64,000 bases of DNA from the human T2T-CHM13v2.0 reference genome, Homo sapiens. How positions within the stretch are numbered: position 1 is the first letter of the stretch; each line of letters opens with the position of its first letter. Position numbers and translations under genes: made by a program. Positions 57,652 through 64,000 of this stretch are shown here, piece by piece. The stretch is from NCBI RefSeq assembly GCF_009914755.1, contig NC_060934.1, one strand, 5' to 3'. The notes beneath the pieces were generated by a model. The model was not told where the DNA came from. It saw only the letters and a list, made by a program, of their open reading frames with translations, and made no database searches.

Positions 57652-57767
57652 TTGTATTTTTGGTAGAGACGGGGTTTCACCATTTTGCCCAGGATGGTCT
57701 CGAACTACTGAACTCATGTGATCTGCCCACCTTAACCTCCCAAAGTGTTGGGATTACAGGCCGAGCC
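57450..57767 (-). mobile_element. Alu with (TTTA)n in the linker
   Basis: Reverse Alu; gc(c)ttaataata flanks. Confidence 0.88.
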
Positions 57768-57989
57768 TTAATAATAGATTCTTAACGTAAAGCAGGAAGT
57801 ATTTGCCCTCTAGCTCCTTTATGCCTTTGTTATGGCTCAGTTTAAAGGCCATTCATTATGTTTTTGACTTTCCTTTGTATACTTCCAAGTTCCATGTGCT
57901 CTCTGTGGTTTGCAGTTCAGACTTCTGTGACTATGAACACCTTGTGCATATGGTCTGGTATAGTCTTTGTGTTGACCTAAAGCAAGTAT

Positions 57990-58634
57990 CTGTCCATCCG
58001 TCCATCCATCCATCCATCCATCCATCCATCCATCCATCCATCCATCCGTTTGTCCATCCATCCATCCATCTGTTTGTCCATCCATCCATCCATCCATCTG
58101 TTTGTCCATCCATCCATCCATCCATCCATCCATCCATCCATCCATCCATTTGTCCATCTATCCATCCATCCATCCATCCATCCATCCATCCATCCATCCA
58201 TTCATCCATCTATCAATTTATCCATCCATCCATCCATCCACCCATCCATCCATGCATCTATCCATCCATCCATCCATCCATCCGTCTATCTGTTTGTCCA
58301 TCTATCCATCCATCCATCCATCCATCCATCCATCCATCCACCTACCCACCCATCCATCTATCTGTTTGTCCATCCATCCATCCATCCATCCATCCATCCA
58401 TCCACCCATCTATCCATCCATCTATCCCGTCTATCCATCCATCCATTTATCCATCCATCCATCCATCCTTCCATCCATCCATCCATCTATCCCGTCTATC
58501 CATCCATCCATTTATCCATCCATTCATCCATCCATCCATCCATCCATCCATCCATCCATCCATCCATCTACTCATCCGTCCATCTACATATCTATCCATC
58601 TCTTCATCCATTTATCCATCCGATTATCTATCTG

Positions 58635-58685
<51 letters not shown>
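57990..58685. repeat. ~700-bp (CCAT)n tract ending in a (TATC)n STR, next to an L1MA 3' fragment (58685-58825)
   Basis: Read directly; source of the HPSI/DGWM ORFs. Confidence 0.97.
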
Positions 58686-58686
<1 letters not shown>

Positions 58687-60714
58687 CCCAGCTTTACTGA
58701 GGTTTACCAGACAGAAAAATTGTGTATATTTAAGGTGTACAATGTGATGTTCTTGTATACATATACATTGTGAAATGATTGCCAGAATAAAGCTAATTAA
58801 CATATTCATCACCTCTAGTCACCATTTTGGTCAAAGAGTAAAAGCAATCTATTTAAATCAATCAATAAAAGGCGTCAATAGTCTGATTTGTGATTTCGCA
58901 TCACGTTGCCAAACTCACATGCTGAGTGATTGGATGGTGGTTCAGTGTGAAAACAATTGTTGCAGGTTTTTTTTAACATAAACATGGTGGACAAACTCTT
59001 AAATGTATACATTTGAGAAACTATACCAGCCTTCTCCTTGTGAAGGTGCTTGAAGTTTAATTTTTCATTTTTCACTATGCCTAAGGCAGAGTCTCATACT
59101 AGGTTTTGCACAAACTTAATACATTTTTTAGTTGAATTAAATTAGTTGATGACATGTAAAAATTCTCAAATCAGATAATTTACAACTTGAAGTGCATTTG
59201 ACTAAAATAATGTCCATGTGCAAACTTTAGTCCATGAGACTCAACACATTAATACGGATTTTCTAACACTCAGTGTATTAGGAAAATTATAATTAAACTT
59301 GATTTACTTAGAATTATTATTCTAATTTCATTCTGTGCAGCTTCCATCTGTTTACAATAAAAAACAAAATGGATGTTTTATTGTACAGCAGCGGCAAATA
59401 GTAGCGAGCCCATACATTATATAGTTAATGCTATTTACACAGGAGAAATGTATAGGACAGCTGCAATGGCCAGATTGAAAGCATAATTCAGTTAAAGATT
59501 TTGCTGCTGTTGTGAACCCTGAGAAACTTCACACGTGGAATAGAGTCTCAAGACCGAATTAGAGCTTCAGTAGCCCATTGCAGTGCATGTATGGTCATTC
59601 ATAATGTCCAAGGACAAGCATGTGGACTTAGAAAAGCACGGCTTCCTTGACTAGAGCCAGAAAATTTACCTATTTGTCACCATCAAGGAAAGTTATTGTA
59701 GTCAGACAATCAAATTTTCACCAAGAGACTTAAATGGATATGAAGGTAAAATGGGTTTTTCATTTTGAATGTCACTGGTCTAAGAATGTAGGTCCATTCC
59801 ACTCCTATTGACTTGGAATTAGGGAAACAATAAATTATTACAATATATTAATTCAGATTTCAATCACATTATGCTCATTCAATCAGTCTTTCATTAATAA
59901 TGGTACATCAAATGAAATGCAAATGACCAGAAGTGATATTAATTATGAATTAATAAACTTTCTCTGCAAAGTAGCTTCCAGGAATTTAACTAATTTCAGC
60001 TCACACATTCAGGTGAATGCATTTTGTTGGATGTATTTTGTTGGATGTCTATGGTGTATCCATCACAGTGCTAGATGTTATGGGAGCCTATCAGATGCAT
60101 GTCAATCACAAGGATTGATGTGTGTCAATCACAGGGATTGACGCATGTCAATCAGAGTGCTAGATGTTGTGGGAGCCTATCAGATGCAACCTCAGCAGAT
60201 AGAAGCTAGACCTCCCAGAGACTGCTCAGCACAGGAAGGACCATTTGTATGGTTTGAGTCATCAGAGAGGCATAGATGGGGGTGTGCATGCAGGAAGAGA
60301 GAAAGGGGAGGAGTAGGAAAGGGAAGATGAGTATTTAGAGGAAGAAGATCCTATTGCAGCCCATAGTCATTGGGCTGTGATTTCAGAGTAACTAACATTG
60401 GCTCCAGGGAGGACTCATGGCTCTACCTCTTCCTGATGTGAATCCCATGCGGGGCTCTGGCCTGATTAGGTGAACCACAGCAACCCCTTCCAGAGAGCAG
60501 ATGCTTAATTTTTAGGCTGTGGTGATAACTAGAATAACAGGACCTAATAATAATGGGGCAGAAAAGAAGTCAAGGCAAGGGATCCCTGCAGCTCTCAAGC
60601 TGTTCTCTCTGCATAGGCTTCATAGGGGGAGAGCAAAGGGGCTTAGTAAATGGGCGGCAGGATGGCCTGAAGTAAGATTGGAGGCAAAGAGGGTTAAAGC
60701 AAGCAGAAAGCCAA

Positions 60715-61096
60715 GTACCACCCATCACCAACACCATCATCCTCACCATCATTATAACCATCACCATCACAATCAGAAACACCATCACCACCATCACCAG
60801 CATCATAAGCATCACCAACACAATCAGAAACACAACACCATCAAAAATGCCACCAGAAACACTATCAACAACAGCAAAACTATCACCATAATCATCACCA
60901 ACACCATCAGAAACACCACCAACACCATCATCACTGTGACCAATACCACCATGAACACCCACACCATCATGATCAACACCATCACCAACACCATCAAAAA
61001 TGTTGTCAGAAATACCATTACTAACAGCAAAATGATCATTACCATCGTCAACACAATCAGAAACACCATTATCATCACCACCAACACCGTTATTAT
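60715..61096 (+). repeat. (CAC/CAT/AAC)n cryptic trinucleotide tract
   Basis: Read directly; contains two copies of an ~85-bp complex unit. Confidence 0.9.
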
Positions 61097-61210
61097 TGTA
61101 CTAGTCCATTTGTACACTGCTATAAAGAAATACCTGAGACTGGATAATTTATAAAGGAAATAGGATTAATTGATTCACAGTTCCACATGGCTGGGGAGGC
61201 CTCAGGAAAC
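61097..61210 (-). mobile_element. 3' terminal 114 bp of a THE1D/MSTA LTR
   Basis: Reverse complement gtttcctgaggcctccccagccatgtggaactgtgaatc...ggactagtACA; match stops abruptly at 61210. Confidence 0.85.
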
Positions 61211-63409
61211 CCCTTCCGAGGTTGGGACCATCTTCAGCGGGGAGGAAGACACTGCCTTCCCCCAGCATGCCCCTAGCAAAGACAGCACACCCTTAAGTCA
61301 GATTCTACTTTAAGAAACAGCAGGAGGCGCCCTTGATCTTTCAGCAACTCCGCGTTGGGTCATCATTAAATGATTTGAACCTGTTGAACTTGTCATGTGT
61401 CTTCCATTTGGAGAGTGAGCTTTCCCTTCATAATTTCTCCGTGATCTTGTGGCGCTCTGTGAGATTCTTCTTGTTTATTTTTGCCCTTGTTCTCAGCCCA
61501 CAGATGTTGTCATCGCTGAGGTAAACCCCGGGTCTAGAAATGTGGGCCAAAATTATGGTTTCTCTTTTGGCTTTTTTTAATGTCACTTCCGAAGTGTTTC
61601 TTATTTCAACATTTCTTGCTAAGATACTAATAGTTTGGGAAACAGTAGATCGTTCTTAAATGAAATCACCTTTAAAACAGGTCAGTTTCGGTGCTACTGT
61701 AATTGCATTTGACATTTTCCTTCAAACTAAGTTGCACATTGCTAACAACTTAAATAAACCTTGCTTTTTGGAGATGGGATTGAAAAATGGACTTGTCCTG
61801 TGATGTAGGCGAGGCTGGCTGGGTAAACTGAACTTCCTAATATAAAACAATGGAAAGGAGCTTACAAAAACAACCCTGATCTCTACAGCCACTCAGATGG
61901 TTTTCTTTTTGCTCAACTGAGTGTCAGTGTCTGGATTCCTGCAGACAGGGAGCATTTCCTCCTCCAGGCTCTGTCCTCCGCCCTCCTCTGCAGAGTTCTT
62001 TCCCTTCTGTCAGTTTTTCAGTTACAAGGAGCCTGAAGTATTCTCTTTTAGAAAGAGCGTCTGGCATATTTTCAGATGTCTTGCATCCCTGGGGTCATCT
62101 CTCTGCCATCTTCACCATGAAGATAGTCACTTTGACCAAACACTCAGCATCATTGCCCTTCATCTACAGCAGCTGGTATTGCATGTTTCTTTGTATATGA
62201 ATGAAATTAATATTCTATTACTACATTTTCTGTCCTCCCCTCTACCCTATGCCAACCACCTGCATACTTGCAGGAATTTTTGTTTAAATATTATTCTTCA
62301 TTCATTAGTTTAAAAATGTTGCCAGAATGATCTGCCTAACACATTGTGGGCATGGAACTTGTGTAGCCTGCGAGGTTTGCTTTTCACGTTTTCTTTGCTT
62401 TTTCCCTATTCATTATGGAATCGACTCTAGGAAGCTATTTATTCGTGTATTCCCTCTGCTCCCTGTCACTTAGTGCAGAGCCATTTTGCCCACCCTTCAT
62501 CTCTTCATCCTCTTCCTCTGACTGTCAAGCTTATCACCCAGTGACTGGCTTCATGATTCAGCAGCAGCAATTATGTTATTTATGGCTCCAAACACATTTC
62601 AACTCTTCTGTCTTTATGTTGTTTATGTTTTGGGCCCTACATTCAATTCTCGGTCCAGTTATGCAGTGGTCTGTTTTCAAGTTCAGGTATGTTTCTGGAA
62701 AATGGGTTCTTTCAGTCCATTCTACACAATTATTTTAACTCTCATGTTCCATAGTTTCTTCTTGACCCTCCCTTTTCCCTTCTGATGATCTACTCCTCCT
62801 TCATGAGGTCATGACCTTGTGACCTTCTACTGAGGGGTTTCGGTGCCTCTCTTGGGTCCCATTAAACATCACTCCCAGAGATGAGACCTTGCACTGCCCT
62901 CAAGCCCTGACATGCAACACACACACATTTTTTTCTTTTTTTTAGGCCTTATATTGTTTGTTCTCTCTTAACTCATTCTTGTGCAAAGTAAAATGTGGGA
63001 AGACCTGCCTTTGCCAATAACAAGGTGAACGGGCGACTTAGGTGACAGCTTCATCTGTGTGGCCTGATCCTGTCTGTCAGTGCCACTCTTATTGGCCTTT
63101 AATGGGCTCTTTCTCATCCTCTGACAAAGAATCTTCATTTTCACCTTACTCCTTGGCTCAATATCTCTTTGAGCTAACACTAAAACTTTATTATTAACAA
63201 CCTTACTTTTGAGTAAATTGCCATTACTAATTTCCTTGTTGGTGAAGATTTCCTAAAGAAAACAGAAAACTTCTTACGGTTGTCTTCAGATACAGTATTG
63301 GGTAATTTAGGAGACTTTATTTTCTAGAACGTTATAACAAAATAAGCTAATGTCTGACTCCTCACTGGCTTGATTTTTGAGATGTTTAGTCCCCACTTAA
63401 GTGCCTTAA

Positions 63410-63729
63410 ATAGTGTTCGTGATGGTGATGGTGTTGCTGCGGGTGGTTATCTGGGGGTGGTGATGGTGATGGTGTTGGTGGTGATGGTGTTGGTAACGAT
63501 GATGGAGATGATGAAGATGGTGGTGATGATGGTGATAGTAATGCCACTGGTGATGGTACTGGTGATGGTGATGATACCATAATGGTGTTGGTGATTGGTC
63601 CATTGTTTTTGATAGTGTTTTTCTGATGGTGTTGGTGATGATGATGGTGATGATTTCACTGTTGGTGATGGTGTTTCTAATGGGGTTTATGATATTGTTG
63701 GTATTGGTGATGTTATTGGTGTTGATGAT
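63410..63729 (-). repeat. (GGT/GAT)n tract, inverted homolog of 60715-61096
   Basis: Its reverse complement contains the same complex unit (agaaacaccatcaccaacag..aaatcatcaccatcatcatcaccaacaccatcagaaa). Confidence 0.88.
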
Positions 63730-64000
63730 GGATATGATTTGGTTCTGTGTCCCCACTCAAATCTCATTTCAAACTGTAATCCCCACATGTCTAGGGAGGG
63801 ACCTGTAATCCCCACGTGTTGAGGGAGGAAGGTGATTGGATCATGGGGGCAGTTTCTCCCCTGCTTTTCTTGTGATAATAAGTCTCACGAGATCTGATGG
63901 TTTTATAAGTGTCTGAAAGTTCCTCCTTTGCTCTTCTCTCTCCTGCTACCTTGTGAAGAAGAGGCTTGCTTCCCCTTTGCCTTCTGCTATGACTGTAAGT
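63730..64000 (+). mobile_element. 5' part of a THE1D/MSTA LTR, running to the window edge
   Basis: gatatgatttggttctgtgtccccactcaaatctcat...ccttctgctatgactgtaagt. Confidence 0.88.

Noticed and set aside
57803-58773. Long HPSI/DGWM ORFs
   Set aside because: Translations of (CCAT)n/(TATC)n microsatellite.
60519-61154. 211-aa His/Thr/Asn-rich ORF resembling a metal-binding or mucin-like protein
   Set aside because: Arises from a trinucleotide low-complexity tract and ends inside an LTR; non-ATG start and no splice support.

Overview
Primate (very likely human, chr10p15) genomic DNA. Positions 1-12 kb hold the 5' part of PITRM1 (mitochondrial presequence protease, M16 family) on the minus strand. 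Coding exons 1-7 (791 nt, residues 1-263) were rebuilt from GT-AG boundaries and include the targeting peptide, the inverted zinc motif HILEH and E205; the CpG-island promoter lies at ~11.3-12.8 kb. The remaining ~51 kb has no supportable protein-coding gene and consists of Alu, L1, MaLR/ERV LTRs, DNA transposons, micro/minisatellites and putative enhancer sequence. Main observations: (1) a THE1D/MSTA LTR and its flanking CAC/GGT tract appear to have been split by a ~2.8-kb inversion (61211 to about the window end), and the two LTR halves rejoin exactly; (2) a 25-bp tandem duplication of the PITRM1 exon 4 splice acceptor creates a competing stop-containing acceptor; (3) a 64-bp VNTR with 4-unit higher-order structure forms an array of seven nuclear-receptor DR1-like sites; (4) a piggyBac MER85 MITE sits in intron 6; (5) two dispersed local duplications have unexpectedly conserved cores; (6) an overlapping out-of-frame uORF lies at the PITRM1 start. 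Repeat subfamily names come from recalled consensus sequences and repeat boundaries are approximate.
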